DNA from: Felis catus
Lineage: Eukaryota
NCBI RefSeq assembly: GCF_018350175.1
Contig: NC_058382.1
Coordinates: 48,858,001 to 48,922,000, forward strand
Reading direction: 5' to 3'
DNA length: 64,000 nt
Shown here: in pieces, positions 41,490 through 57,145 of the stretch
How positions within the stretch are numbered: the stretch's first letter is position 1
Layout: every line of letters starts with the position of its first letter
Translations under genes and position numbers: made by a program
The notes under the pieces: model-generated
What the model was told of the DNA's origin: nothing
The model's database searches: none
The model's input: the letters and a program-made list of their open reading frames with translations, nothing else

Positions 41490-44400
41490 GGAAAATAGGA
41501 AACATGTAGAAATGAAAAATCACTGAACAGCAAAATTCACGGGATATAGCTAATGAAGTTTAGAGGGAAATTTATAGCTTTAAATGAATTTAGCAGAAAT
41601 GGAAAAAGACTTAAAAATTAATCAAGAATATAAAAAAAACAGTAGGGCCGCCTGGGTGGCTCAGTCAGTCAAGCATCCAACTTCGGCTCAGGTCATGATC
41701 TCACGGCTTGTGTGTGAGCCTGGCGTTGGGCTCTGTGCTGACAGTGTGGAGCCTGCTTAGGGTTCTCTATGTCCCTCTGCCTCTCCCCTCTTGCTTGCTC
41801 TCAGAAAAAAATAAATATTAAAAAATATTTAAAAAAAAGAATAATAAACTGAATAAAGTAGGAGAAAGTAAATAATAGGGGCGCCTGGCTGGCTCAGAAG
41901 AGCAAAGGACTCTTGATCTTGGGGTTGTGAGTTTGAGCCCCATGTTGGGTGTAGAGATTACTAAAAAAATTTTTTTAACACTTAAAAAGCAAATAATAAA
42001 AATAAGAGCAGAAATTTAAGAAAAAAAGAAAAAAGAGGCTAAAAATAAAAAAAAGCTGATTTGTTCAAATAAACACAGCTCTGGCAAGACTGGTAAAGAA
42101 TGAGAGAGAAGGCACAGATAAAGCTGAAAAGTTTGAGAGGACCTAGCTACAGACACAGCAAATCTTTTTAAAATCCCTGTTTAATTCTAGTTTTAAATCT
42201 CTGTTAAATACTGAACAATTCTGACCAATAAATTGGAAAACATAAAATGGACAATTTTCTAGAAAACAGAACTCGGCAAAACTATCTCAAGAAGAAGGAG
42301 AAAATCTGAAATGGTCTCTGACCGTTTCTAAAAGTTGAATCAGCAGTTAAAAATCCACACATACAACGCATATACACACAAAACAGCCCCAAAATAGAAC
42401 AAGGCCCAAATAGTTTTACAGGAGAGTTACAGCAAATATTATAGGAACTATTCCAGGAAAGAGAAAATGAGGCAAAATTTGCAATTCATTTATGAGGTTA
42501 GCATCGCTCTAACCCAAGTAAGGGCAGTATGAGAAAAGGAAATCAGAGGTCAATTTCAATATCAAATAATAATTAGCAAAGCAGATCTAGCAATGAATTA
42601 AAAACAACAGGGGCGCCTGGGGGGCTCAGTCAGTTAAGCATCTAACTGCTGATTTTGGCTCAGGTCATGATCTCATGGTTCATGGATTTGAGCCCCCATT
42701 AGGCTCTGTGCTCACAGTGTGGAGCCTGCTTGGGATTCTCTGTCTCCCTCTCTTTCTGCCCTTCCTTTGCTCACTCTTTCTCTCTCAAAAATAAATACAT
42801 ACATACATAAATATTAAAAAAACAACAACAGTAACAACAACAACAACACACACACACACACTCTGCATTACATTATTTCACATCACATGATATGCCAAGT
42901 TGGCAAATATTCAAAATATTTAACAACCAGTAGGCATGGGTACTTGCCAATCAGAACAGACACTGGGCTGAAGGAGGATCCTGGGACCCAATACTGTGTC
43001 AGGCATTCACTTTTTGGCTCTAGATCATGGGACAGATTCTAGGTGTCTCAGGGAAGAGGCTAGGCCAGGTGCATTCTGGGAACTTAGGGCAGCTACTGTT
43101 TACTAATACATCAGTATTTTAGCACTTGCATAACTGTTATAGCATATAGTGTGTAGATGGAGAATTTTCCTTTCACAACTTTTCTATAAAGCCATAATTA
43201 AAATATGATTTGTGTGGGGATAAACAACAACAACAAAACAACAGAATAGGACCAATAACTCAGCAAAAAACTTACGGGCAGATGTGAGCTTGGTATATGA
43301 CTGAGGTGGCATTATGAATCAGTGGGGAAGGATTCAATACTCAGTAGAGGATGCTTATTTGGAAAGACAATAAAATGAGATCCTATACCACACCTGCATG
43401 AAAAATTCCAGGAGGCATAATGACATCAATATGAAAAAGGAAAGCTTTGGAAGAAAAGATATTTCTGATGTCAGAGTGGAAAAGGATTTCTTAAACATGA
43501 TACTACAAACAGATGAACTATACATTAAACTGAGAAAATGGATTAATACTAAAATCTAAAAGGTCTTTCATATAAAATATAAGATACACAAAGAAAAATA
43601 TAAGCCCTATGCTAGGAAAAAATGTATATCCATATGACCAACAGAAAGCATAAAGAATGTAGAAAGGATGCTTGAAAATTAGTAAGAAAAAGATGCACCG
43701 TGTTATAAAAATGGGCAAGACATTTGAACAGGTAATTAACAAAGCAGGTAATATGCTCAATTTCAAATTAAAAATCAAGTGAGGAAGCATTTCACAGCCT
43801 CGAGTTGGTCAAAATCAAGGAGCCTGGCAATACTGGGGAAGCGAGAACTGACTTGTAGATGGGAGTACAGTTGGCATGGCCACTTTGGCAATAACTCATA
43901 AGGTTGTAGTTGCATGCTATGCTATGACCTGGCCATTCACCTTCTAAATGCATCCTAGAGAAACTCTGGACACATATGCACGAAAGGAGCTGAAGTAGGA
44001 TTTGTGCATTGTGGAAGTACTTTTATTTTTTAAAATGTTTTTAAAGTTTGTGTTTATTTGTTTTGAGAGAGAGAGAGAACACAAGCAGGGGATGGGCAGA
44101 GAGAGAGAATCCCAAGCAGGCTCCGTGCTGACAGTGCACTTGACATAGGGCTTGAACTCACGAACTGAGATCATGACCTGAGCCAGAATCAAGAGTCAGG
44201 CGCTCAACCAACTGAGCCACCCAGGTGCCCCCGGAATGACTTTTAATAGTAAAAAAGTAGAAATAACCTAGATGCCTATAAATTGCAGTTTATTCATTGT
44301 GAATCACCCATGTGTATCTGGGTCAATGGAAGTAAATCTTAGAAACATGGTCTGGGGTGGTAAACGAGACACACACAGAGAGCACTCATATGGGACTTAA
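41490..44400 (+). mobile_element. Degraded ancient L1 fragments interrupted by several Can-SINEs (about 41645, 41878, 42609, 44025)
   Basis: A-rich L1 ORF2-like relics (agagggaaatttatagctttaaatg, aaaatggacaattttctagaaaac) without an open frame. Confidence 0.65.
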
Positions 44401-44695
44401 TAACACACAACCCACTTGCAAAAGCTGTAAAGGTATGAAAACACTTAGACATGCAGTGAAAGTATTAAAAATGCTTTGGCTTTGCCTGTGTTTTTCAGTG
44501 CTGCACCCTAGCGCCTAAACAATGCCAGGTACATAAAATAAAACAAAGGAAATGTGCTTGGGACTGATCCACCTGGATTTCAGGAAGGTCACCCACCTCT
44601 GGGGAAGGACAGAGGAAAGAGCAGGAGTAGCGCTTCAGTTCTGTTGTTTGTTTTTTCTTCAGAGATGAGAAACAACTATAGTTAAACATTTTCTA

Positions 44696-45142
<447 letters not shown>

Positions 45143-45912
45143 TCAGCAGGGACCTTTGGGCCAGGCCTTAGTGATTCAACCTCCCCACAGGGTGTAGGCT
45201 CATGCAGAGAGCACTGGACGGGGATTCCTGCTTGGCCACCTGACCCCTCCAAGCTTCTTTCACCCACTTCCCCCCGCCCCCACCCCGCCCGGAGCCAGGG
45301 GAGGTCAGTCTGGACCTTGGAGAGCAAGGAGCTCTCCAAGATATGTTTGTAAAAGTACCGGCGATGTTTGGATGCCTGACCCAGAGCCTGGCTCTACCCA
45401 GGCCTGAGAGCTCCCATCCTTCTGACTCCTGTGTGGGTGCCCTTAGGCCCTGCCTTGGGCACCACCCCAGGAAGGGGGGTGATGGGTGTTCCTGAGGGAG
45501 TAGTGTTAGCCGGGTGATGGGATGGGCTTCTCTGGTATTTTTTCCTGTCTGGTAATGCGAGCCCTGGGCAGTGCCCAAGCCTTGCAAACTGGTTTTGTGT
45601 TTGCCATTAGGTACAACTGGTCTTGGCCATTGGCAGAAAGGTTCAGTTGCTCCCACTTGACTTTTCTTTGATGCAAAAGGCCTCAGCAGCCATGCTGCTT
45701 TGTCCCGTTCTCTAACCCTGGCCTTGGAGTGCGTTGGGGTGCCAACAGGGAAGCAAGACAAGAGAGGCTCCCGGCCTCAGGGTCTGGCCCCAGACAGCAC
45801 TGTCCTCTGGAGCGGCCCCAATCTTTTCTCCCCACCCACAAACCAACAGACTTCCCCTCATACCCCCACTGCCACCCAGTAGTCCTCTGTCCTCTTAAAC
45901 AAGGGGCTCATT

Positions 45913-46115
45913 GGGGCACCTGGGTGGCTCAGTCGGTTAAGCATCCGACTCTTGATTTTGGCTCAGGTCATGAACTCATGGTTCACGAGTTCGAGCCCCG
46001 CTTTGCTCTGTGCTGACAGTACAGAACCTGCTTGGGATTCTCTTTCTCTCTCTCTCTCTCTGCCCCTCCCCTGCTCACACTCTGGCTCTCTCGTTCTCAA
46101 AATAAACCTAAAAAA
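45913..46115 (+). mobile_element. Can-SINE in CLEC18 intron 2
   Basis: Full SINEC structure. Confidence 0.85.
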
Positions 46116-47096
46116 TTTTAAACGAGGGGTTCAGCAATGAAGAAGACATGGGTCACCCCATCACCATGCCCTGGCCCAACCCAGCCACCCCATTAGCAGT
46201 CCCCTAATCTCCACGAGACTCAACATGAGGACAGTAAGGTACCTGTGGGGTAAGATTGTCATGGGAATTGCAACTTCCCCAGAGCCTCAGCCTCCACTGG
46301 GGGAAAGCCCGAGAGGGCTGCAGAGGTGAGGGAGGCTGAGTGGTGGGGCTCCATTCTCATCTTTTATGAAATGCTCTTTTTCTAAGACTTTGGTCAAAGG
46401 GGCATGAAAACTATAGAAACTACTGACCAGGTGATCGGGACGCCCCCACGCCAGGCGCTTGAGCTGGGAGCAAGGAGAGTGGGCAGTGGGGGCCAGGACC
46501 TGCGCCTGAGGAGGGGCAGAGCTGCTGCGGAGCAGGGAAGGGGGGAGAAACGACCCCTTCCCGCCGGCTCGCCCCACCCCCACCTCCTGGGAAACTGACC
46601 CAGGAGCTCTCAAGGTCACCACCACTGAGCCAGCCTGGAGGAGTTTATGGGAGGCAGCCATGGGGAACCCTGCCCACCCCCACACGATCCTGCTCTCACT
46701 CCCGGGCCTGTTAACATGGGCCGGGCTTGCGTTCCTGGGCCCCGGATGGTCCCCGCCCGCCCGCCCGGCGGTCCCAGTTGGTGTGGTGGGAAGTCCTCCC
46801 ATGCTACCCAGCCCCCAGTGAATGAGGAGGGAGTTCAGAGGGGCCCCACTTAGTCATCCAGACAAACCATGAAGAAGCACTGGGCCCTGGTCACATTCAA
46901 GCCCCCTCCCTCAAGCGGGTGCTGCTCCCTCCCAGTCCTCTGCCCCTCTGATCCTGCTGGGACTTCTTTGTGGAGCACTCCTTCCTTGTCTTCTGGTCTC
47001 CCGGGCAACGGGATGGGATGTGAGGAAAGGCCAAAGAACTGCCCTTCTGGGAAGCAGGCAGCTGCGGAGCCCCTGCAACCAGGCATGGTCCCCTCA

Positions 47097-47354
<258 letters not shown>

Positions 47355-47818
47355 TCACCGTGGCAAGATTAGAGTGCAGCCCTGCCCTTAGGAAACAAGA
47401 GCAGGAGGGGCTGGGGAGGATGGTGGGCATAAGGGAGGGCTCGCGCAGAGGGATGGGAGACGGGTGTGGGGCTGGGAGAGAGGCAGGTGCCCAGGCACCC
47501 TTGGGCTGAGGGCTGGGGTGAGGGTAACAGGAGGGGGTGAGGGCCAGGGGCTGGGTGTGTGGAGGAGTCAGCCCTGGGGCCCCTTGGCTGGTCTTCCTCC
47601 TGGACCCCCCAGCCTGGGCCCACTCCCCTTCATTCTTCCTGCTCCCCAGCCCCCACCCCCCAACCATCTCGGGCCCTTGGACTACCCAAGGGGACTCTTT
47701 AAACCACAGCTAGCCTGCCCAGGGCTCAGGCCTGGGAACTGGCTTCCAGCAGCCCCGGAGCACCCCTCTGCAGAGCTCACAGCGGCTCCACCTCTTTCCT
47801 CACCCGGGGGCCCCTTAC

Positions 47819-47957
47819 CTCCAGGCGCGGGAGCCTGTTCCTCCTGCGGCAGCAGCACCTCCACCTCTGTCCGGGCCATGCCAAGGAGAGCCAGAAGTAT
47901 GGGCAGGAGGCCAGGCCAGCGGCCCCCCAGCCTGGTGGAGGGCTCTGGCCACAGCAT
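47819..47957 (-). CDS. CLEC18A: CLEC18 first coding exon (signal peptide); joined CDS 1356 nt, 451 aa
   Basis: MLWPEPSTRLGGRWPGLLPILLALLGMARTEVEVLLPQEEQAPAPG then G|gtaagg; all 12 exons join in frame; homolog of human CLEC18A/B/C. Confidence 0.9.
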
Positions 47958-50499
47958 GGGCCACTCTGGATGTGGCCTGGCTCAGCCGTCCAGCCCGCTT
48001 CCCAGGCTAGATAGAGTGTTCACAATCTCAAGGGGTCAGGCTGTACTGGCAGACAAAAGGGGGAGGCTGGTGAGTAATCGGTGTATCCCAAAAGCCTCCC
48101 GTCGGCCCTGGCATGAGAGAAAGCCAGCTCCAATCCCAGGGCTCCACCCCCCTCCAGCCACTGGCCTGGCCAGCAGCCCTGCCCATAACAACCAACCCAG
48201 CAGTGTGCACTGACCCTGTGGCCCCTGCTAATCATTGCAGGATTATTGGAGCCCTTGGGGAGCCCTGGGAGCCCCCGCCGATTGGCCCACAGACATTCCA
48301 GGGCTGTGGATTAGCAAATGATGGCCGTGCCCTGGCCGGGACAGTGTCCTTTGGGCACATCGGTAGCTTCTACTCCCAGGCCCAGGGCAGGCAGGCGGGA
48401 ACTGGGCAAGACCCCAGGGGAATTCTTCCCTTTCTCGGGAAGCTCGTCCCAACCCCCAGCCATGAATTAAACATAGACGGGTGGTAACCACACACCAGGC
48501 AGGTGCCACTGGTGGGCGGCGGCACTGAGGTGTTGGGTTTGTAGGGGAATAGGGGCTAGGGTTGCACCTGTAGGCCAAAAAAAGTGCCTTAGAACTCGGG
48601 GCGGTGTGTGTCTGGGCAGTGTCGGGGGCTGGGCCCCAGCACTATGGCCTCCCCCCAGCCCCCGCACGACTGCAGGCCAGGAGAGGGCCAGGCAAGCAGA
48701 GGAGACCACGTGATGCCCTTGGCTGACTGGAGTCCTGCTGGGAACAAGTCAGGCTCTGGACAAATAGGCAGTGTAGCAGGAGGGCAGCAAATCACCGTGA
48801 TGCTTTGGGGCCTAGCCGAGGCCTACACAGTCCCACCAGGATAAGTGGAAACAGATCCGCACCGTGGCCCACATTTCTTAGAAAAGACGAGGCTATCCTG
48901 CAGGCCCTACCCAAATGCCCATATCCCTCTCAGGGGAGAGCAAAGTTTATTCCGCCACCGCAGCGGATAGCCTTGGAAGCCAACCACTTCCTCCTTCTGG
49001 AGTCTGTGTGACCTCTGACCTCTAGGCCAGCACCCTCTCAGAGCCAGGTGTCCACTTTTGGCGAACTCTGCTGAGACCCAAGTGGGCTTGGGTTTCTGGG
49101 GAGAAGCACTGATGGAACGTGTATTGTCTTCATGGGGGGTGGGGGCAGGGCCAGGCACAAGGGCCCGTAAGCTGGCCTGGGGTTGTGTATCCCCCCCACA
49201 GACTACCCGGGCCTTGAGTGTCTCCTCCCTAAACGGATGGCCAGACAGCCTCAGAGTCATCGTGTCTGGATCCTAGCAATGTTTAACAATAGTGTAGTGA
49301 CCTCTTTCTGTAGAGCTTACAAAGCACGTTCATACACGTGAGTTCCCTTAATTGTCGCAACAGCACCGCGCAGCAGTCACCCGTCTTGAAGATGAGGAAG
49401 CCGGGCTCTGTGTGTCTGAGGGACTTGCCCCAGGTCACCTGGCAAACACGTGGAGGGTCCCAGCTAATCCGGGGTTTCTGTCTTCACATTCCTGGACACC
49501 GGTGCAAATCTGGTTTAATTTACACCGCGGCCTTTTGAGTTCCCCAAAATTCCCACAGCCCTGCTCTATGCCGGGTAACAAAACCCGATTCTTGCTCCTG
49601 GGCTTAAGAGATAAATGTGGCGGTTCTCCTGTGTAGCACGATGCCCGGCACTTGGGACAGGTCGGAAAATGTATTTTGAGGCCCCGGGGCGGGGAGTGAC
49701 TTTTGAGGGGCCCTGGCCCACTGCAAATGGAGGCCAGGGCAAACCTAGCTTCAGGAGCTAGAAGAGGAGGAGCTAAGGTGATAAAACACCAGACTTCTGA
49801 CTGCCTGGGTTCTGAGATACCCTGTGTGACCCTGGGATTGTCACTTCCACTCCTGGGTGTCAGTGTCCAATGGTGTTAAGCAGGCCTTGTGCCTTGGTTT
49901 ACGTGACATTTAGTTCTGGGTCCAGGCTTTTTACAGGAGCCTGCTGAATATTTGGGGTGGGCACCTCCTTTCTTGCCTGGCAGATTGTCCCAGTAAGCAT
50001 CTTCTAGTCTGATTTCTACCACCAAGCTTAGTTTTATTGTTCTGAATTCCATATAAACCAAGTCCTAGGATACACACCCTTCAAGGCCTAGGTTCCTCTG
50101 CTCTCCAGGTCTATGAGATTCACCCGTGTTGTGGTCTGTATCAGTAGGTTGCTTTGTTGTTTGTTTGGCTGGTAGTATTTCATTGGATTTTCATTCTCTT
50201 ATTGATGGGCACTTGGGGTGTTTTAAGCTTCTGTTTATTATGAATAAAGTTGCTGTTGGGGCATCTGGGTGCCTCAGTCAGTTAAGCGTCCCACTCTAGA
50301 TTTCGGCTCAGGTCATGATTTCATGGGGTGAGATCGAGCCCTGTGTCAGTCTCTGTGGTGGGTGTAGAGCCTGCTTAAGATTCTCTACCTCACTCTTCCT
50401 CTCCCTCTGCCCCTCCCCCTCCCTCTAAAAAAATAAAGTAAATCAAAAGGAAATTGATTATTAATACAAGTCGCTATCAACGTGACTGTACAATTTAAA

Positions 50500-53400
50500 T
50501 TTTCTTTTAGTAACCAAAAGAAAGAAAGAAAGAAACAAAAGAAAGAAAGACAAAATAACCCAATTCAAGAGGGAGACATCGTAACAACTGATACAGCAGA
50601 AATAAAAAAACTTGTAAGGGAAGATTAAGAACAACTTTATGTCAATAAAATAGGCAATGTAAGTACAATGGAAAAATTCCTAGAAAGACAAATTACTAAA
50701 GTTGACTCACGAAGAATAAGAAATCTGAATAGGCCAATCACAATGGAAGGCATCGAATGAGTAAGCAAAAATCTTCTCACAAAGAGAAGTTTAGGTGCAA
50801 ACAACTTCACTGCTGAATCCCATCAAATATTTAAGGAAGGAGTAATACCAATCACACATAAACGTTTCAGAAAGCACAAATGGAGGAGCATTTCCCAACT
50901 CATTCTGTAAGGCTGGCATCACACTGATATCAGAGCAAGACAAAGATGTCACAAGAAAATAAAACTATTGAACAGTATCATGAATATGGCATGAATACTG
51001 ACCCAAAAGTCCTCTACAAAATATTACTTACCTAGTAACATAGAAAAAGGATTCAACACCATGACCAGGTAGGATTTACTCCAGGAATGCAAGGTTGGTT
51101 GAGTATTAACAAAAGTCAGTTAATATGGGGTGCTTGGGTGGCTCAGTCAGTTAACAGTCTGACTTTGGCTCAGGTCATGATCTCACCATTCATGAGTTCG
51201 AGCCCCGTGTCAGGCTCTGTGCTGACAGCTCAGAGCCTGGAGCCTGTTTCGGATTCTGTATTTGTCTCTCTCTCTGCCCTTTCCCTGCTCACGCTCTGTC
51301 TCTCTCTCAAAAATAAATAAACATTTAAAAAAAGAAAGTCAGGTAATGTAATAGAACAAAGGGCAAAACCCACACAATCACCCCAAAGACACAGAAAAAG
51401 TATCTGATAAAATCCCAAACCAATTCCTTGTGAAAGTTCTCAACAAGCTGGGAATAGAAAACAAAATCCTCATCCAGATAAAGGGCCCTGTTATGGGCTG
51501 GAATGTGTCCTCCTCCCCAAATGTATATGTTGAAGTACGAATCCTGGTACCTCAGAATTGGAATACATTTGAAGACAGAGACTTTTTTTTTTTTTAATGT
51601 TTATTTATTTTGACACAGAGAGAGAAAGCACAAGCAGGGGAGGGACAGAGAGAGAGGGAGAGAGAGGATCCCAAGCAGGTTCCACACTGTCAGCGCAGAG
51701 CCTGATGCGGGGCTCGATCTCACGAACCGTGAGATCATGACCTGAGTGGAAATCAAGAGTCTGATGCTCAACCGACTGAGCCACCCAGGTGCCCCGGAGA
51801 CAGAGTTTTTAAAGAGGTAATTAAGGTTAAAGGAGGTCATGGGGGTGGGCCCTGACCTAATATGACTGATGCTCTTATAGGAAGAGGAGTTAGGATACAC
51901 ATAAACGCTGAGAGGAGATCATGTGAAGACATAGAAGGTGGCCGTCTATAAGCCTAGGAGACATCTTGCAGAAGAAGCCAGTCCTGTTACACCTTGATCT
52001 TGGCTTTCTAGCCTCCACAACTGTGAGTAAAATACATTTCTGTTATTTAAGCCACACAGTCTGGTACTTTGTTATGACAGCCCCGGCAAACAAATACAGA
52101 CCCTGTGAAAATCCTACAGCAAACATCATACTTGATGGTGGAAGACTAAACACTGTCTTTCTAAGATCAGAAACAAGGTGAGAATGTGTAGTCTCACCAC
52201 TCCTATTCCACATTATGTTATTGGATGTGTGATTAGTGCGAGAAGGTGAAAACTAAATGCATCCAGAAGGGAAAAGAGTAAGTACAACTATCTTCATTTG
52301 CAAATGATAGGCTCCTATATGTAGAAAATCCTGAGGAATGTTTAAAAAAAACTACTAGGGTGCCCGGGGTTGAGTACCCAACTCTTGGTTTCAGCTTGGA
52401 TCATGATCCCGGGGTTGTGAGATTGAGCCCCATGTCGGGTTCTGTGCTGAGTGTGGAACCTATTTGGGATTCTCTCTCTCTTCCTCTGCCCCTCCCTCCC
52501 ACTCATGTTCTCTCTCTCTCAAATATTAAAAAATAAAAATAAAAAAAAAACCCTACCACAAAGGTTTTAGGATATAAAATAAATAGACAAAATCAATTGT
52601 ATTTCTACAAATTAGCAATAAACAATCCAAAATAGGGGGCGCCTGGGTGGCTCAGTCGGTTAAGCGGCCGACTTCAGCTCAGGTCATGATCTCACAGTTC
52701 ATGGGTTCAAGCCCCGTGTTGGGCTCTGTGCTGACAGCTCAGAGCCCGGAGCCTGCTTTGGATTCTGTGTCTCCCTCTCTCTCTGCCCTTCCCCTGCTTG
52801 AGTTCTGTCTCTGTCTGTCTCTCTCTCAAATAAACGTTAAAAAAATGTTTAAAGAGAAATAAAAGAAGGTGAGAAATAGATCCTAAAATGTACATGGAAA
52901 AGGTGAAGGAATTAGAATAACCAAATTGTTTTCGAAAAAAAAAACAAAGATAGAGAACTTGTACCTGATTTCAAAATGTGCAGTGAAACTATAGCAATCA
53001 CAAATATGCACTCTAGAGAAAGGATAGACCTACAGATCAAGGGAACAGAACAGACAGCTCAGAAAGAAACATTAAGTTTTATGGTCAACTGATTTTTGAC
53101 CAAGGTGCCAGAACAAGTCAGTGGGGAAAGGATAATCTTGTCAACACGTGGTGCTGGGATCGTTGGATATCCAAATTCAAAACCACAAATTTACAGTTAT
53201 TTCATAGTACCCACAAAATGAACTTCAAATGAATCATAGACCTCCATATAAAAGCAAGAACTGTAAAAGATCTAGGGGGAAAAAAACATGGGAGAATATC
53301 TTTGTGACCCTGAGTCAGGCAATGATTTCTTAGATATGACACCAAAAAGACAATTCATAAAACCAAAAAATCAGTAATTTCATAAAAATTAAAAACTTTT

Positions 53401-55520
53401 GACTCTCAAAAGACACCATTGTGAAGATGAAAAGACAGGCCTCACATTGAGAGAAAAAAATTTTTTTAATGTTTATTTACTTTTGAGAGATAGAGACAGA
53501 GCATGAGAAGGGGAGAGAGAGAGGGAGACACAGAATCCAAAGCAGGCTCCAGGCTCTGAGCTGTCAGCACAGAGCCCGGTGCGGGGGCTTGAACTCATCA
53601 ACTGTGAGATCATGACCTGAGCCAAAGTCAGATGCTTAACTGACTGAGCCACCCAGACTCCCCAATAGGAAATATTTTTAAATCATATCTGGTAAAGGAC
53701 TCATATGCAGTACACAAAGAACTCTTACAATGAAATAATGAGAAGACAAACGACCATTTTTAAAAATAGGTGTGGCACCTGGGTGACTCAGTGGGTTGAG
53801 CATCAGATTCTTGATTTTGGCTCAGGTCATGATCCCAGGGTTGTGGGACTGAGCCCCATGTCGGGCTCCGTGCTGACGGTGTGGAGCCTGCTTGGGATTC
53901 TCTGTCTCTGCCTCTTTCTTTGCCCTTCCCCCACTCACACTTAACATTCTCTCTCACCTTCTGTCCCTTTCGTGCTCTCTCTTGCGCGCTCTCTAAAAAA
54001 GGGGGAGGGCAAAAGATTTTCATAGATGTTTCACACAAAAAGACATATGAATGGAGAAAAAGCACACGAAAAGATGCTAAACATCATTAGTCACTAAGGA
54101 AATGAAAATTAAAACTACAATGAGATACCATCACGCACCCAGGAGAAAGGATAGTCCAAAAGACAGGTCCAAGTTTGAGTGAGATGTGGTGAAATTGGAA
54201 CCCGCATATATTGCTGGTGGCCGGGGAAAACTGTACACTTTGGAAAAGAGTGTGGCAGTTTCTTAGAAAGTCAAATATATACTTACCACGAACCCCAGAA
54301 ATTTTACTTCTAGTTATCTGTCCAGGAGAGACAGACACACACGTCCATACAAAGACTTGTCCACAAGTGATGGCAGCAGTAACATTCATAACAGCCAAAA
54401 GCTGGAAACAACCCAATGTCCTTTGAAATGTTGAACTGATAAACTGTGTTTAGCCATAAAATGGAACACCATTCGGCATTAAAAAGGACCAAACGTTTTC
54501 CCCACCTTGCTTTACTGAGATATAATTGACGGTAATGGAACATGCTTTTGAGTCATACTACAATTTGGATGAACTTCAAATACCTTCAGCTAGGGGAGTG
54601 GAGTCACACAAGTGATATGTTGGGCGATTTCGTTTATAGGAAATGTCCACAAAGGCAACTCTCTAGAGGCAGAAAGCAGATCAGTGGTTGTCTAGGGGAG
54701 GGGGTGCCTGGCTGGCTGGCTTGTGTAGAGCACGCGACTTTGATCTTGGGGTTGTGAGTTCCAGCCTCTTGTTGGGTGCACTTAAAAAAATTAAAAATCT
54801 TTAAAAAAAAAGGTTGCGTGGGGATGGGAATAGGGCTTGACTGACTATAATTCATGAGAGAGGGGCGCCAGGGTGGCTCAGTCGGTTAGGCGTCTGACTT
54901 CAGCTCAGGTCATGATCTCACAGCCCATGAGCCCAAGCCCCGCGTCGGGCTCTGTGCTGACAGCTCAGAGCCTGGAGCCTGCTTCGGATTCTGTGTCTGC
55001 CTCTCTGCCCCTCCCCTGCTCACACTCTCTCTTTCTCTCTCACAAATAAATAAACATCAACAAAATTTTTTTTAATTTCATGAGAGAACTTTTTGGGGCG
55101 ACATAAAGGTTCTGAACCTGGATTGTAGGGACAGATGCCCAAATGTGTAAACTGACTGAAAATCATTCAACTGTACATATATGATGGATGCAATTCCTGG
55201 CAGGTAAAATATATCCCTCTAAAGCTGTTTAAGAAAACAAACAATCAGTAGGAAACACCAACTCATTTTATGAGTCCAGCATCACACAGATACCAAAACC
55301 AGACAGAGATACCACACAAAAAATTTTTAGGGCGACGTGTCCCTATGTCTGTAGTTTAGTTTGAAATGTGCCCAAACCAAGACTGATTGATAACTAGATG
55401 AACAAACACATGACAAAGGATGTTTAGTAGAATGGTAGGATCTAGCATTAGGTATTTGGGCATTCACTGAAAAATCCTTCAACTTTGCAATACCTTTGAA
55501 ATCTTTGATAATAAAACGGA
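50500..55520 (+). mobile_element. Long degraded L1 (ORF2 to 3' UTR relic) interrupted by an MLT1-like LTR (about 51489-52098) and multiple Can-SINEs
   Basis: Collinear L1 motifs (ccaggaatgcaaggttggtt, cagcaaacatcatacttgatggtg, caactgatttttgaccaaggtgcca, aaaactacaatgagatacca) with SINE and LTR insertions. Confidence 0.72.
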
Positions 55521-55930
55521 AAAAGAAATGTATCCATAACACAGGACATGGCTCAGCTGAGAATAAATTTTATGAAGTCAAACAGTATAAATAATATCGA
55601 TGTTATCCAAAAAGGAGAAGAAAGACAAAGTTTAAAAATAGGTGGCAAGAGGAAGGGACAAGTATGGGGGTGGGGTGAGAGCTACGTGGCCGTCTAAGTC
55701 GGTAGAGAGTATCTGGGCTTCAAGTCTGAGAAATACGAGTATAAGGGCGACTGAGGAGGTTGAGTTAATGACCAGAAGAAAGAGCTGTAAGAGTTGATTG
55801 AGAATTGCAGGGGTGGGGTTGTTCAGGGACCTGCTGTTTATCATTATCGGCCTCGTAGTATTGCTCAACTTAAAACTGGTGTCTGTGTTACTTTGATAAA
55901 ATAAGAATTAAATTAAAAAAATTAGCCACA

Positions 55931-56140
55931 GGGGTGCCCAGGTGGCTCAGGCGGTTAAGCATCCAACTCTTGATTTCAGCTCAGGGCATGACCTCGAGGT
56001 TGGTGAGTTTGAGCCCGTACCAGGCTCTGCAATGACAGTGTGGAGCCTGCTTGGGATTCTCTCTCACTCTTTTTCCTCTCTCTCTCTTTCTCTGCTTTTC
56101 CGCTGCATGCTCTCTCTCAAAAATACATCAATAAACTTAA
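55931..56140 (+). mobile_element. Can-SINE
   Basis: SINEC structure. Confidence 0.8.
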
Positions 56141-56776
56141 ACATTAGTCTCAAAAAGCTCATACTTAAGCTCTTGGAAATATAATAAGACCGGAAGCCTT
56201 TGCCTGTTTGGGGCAGATGATCAGGGAGAAGCCTGAAATTGCCCAAGACTGGCTCACTTAGGTCAGGGCTGCTTCTGTCTGGGGAGGGCGCCTGGGTGCT
56301 GGAGGGGCCCCCACCCTCCAGAGTCTCCAGATCCTGCCCCTGCCTCAGTTGGGGGCTGGAGTTTGCAGGAGCCTGGAGGCTGTGTGCCCATCTCCTGTTC
56401 CTCTTGGCTCCTGGCTGGCTGAGCAGCTGCAGTGTGAGTTCTGGAATCCTGCCTGGGGGAGGAAGGCAAAGCCTAGCTAGGCAAAGAGAGTTTTACATTT
56501 GAGATCAGGTGTGGCACTAGGTCATATGGAGAGAGGCTGTGCCTAACCCTTACTGAGAAGAGTAGAGGGAACACACATTTACAAAGCATTTTGAGAAGAA
56601 AAGGTGGAGTCTAGAACAAGCAAGTGTTTCATCAGGCCCAGAGCTCTGGACTCAGTAGATTTGGAAAGGAGAATGGGAACTTGCTTTTTTGCGTCCAAAC
56701 CCTCCATGCTTGTTGCCACTGGAATTTCTCCCTCCCACAATTCTGCTGAACTTCCATTGGAAAAGCTGCCAGAAAG

Positions 56777-56985
56777 GAGCGTCTGGGTGGCTCAGTCAGT
56801 TAAGCATCTGAATTCAGCTCAAGTCATGATCTCACAGTTCGTGGGCTTGGGCCCCGCATCATGCTCTATGCGGACAGCTGAGAGCCTGGAGCCTTCTTCG
56901 GATTCTTTGCCTCCTTCTCTCTGCCCCTCGCCTCCTTGCACTCTGTCTCAAAAATAAAAGAACATGAAAAAAATAATAATAAAAT
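56777..56985 (+). mobile_element. Can-SINE
   Basis: SINEC structure. Confidence 0.78.
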
Positions 56986-57145
56986 TAAAAGGCCAATGCT
57001 TAAAAAAAGAGTGGTAACAAAGGCAGCTCTCAGGCACTGATTGTTGTGCAAGGAGCCAAGTATTTTATACACATTGTTTGAGTCTTGCAAAAAAAAGTAT
57101 CATTGCTAATTTTACAAGCAAGTAGATAGAAGCTAGGATGATTAC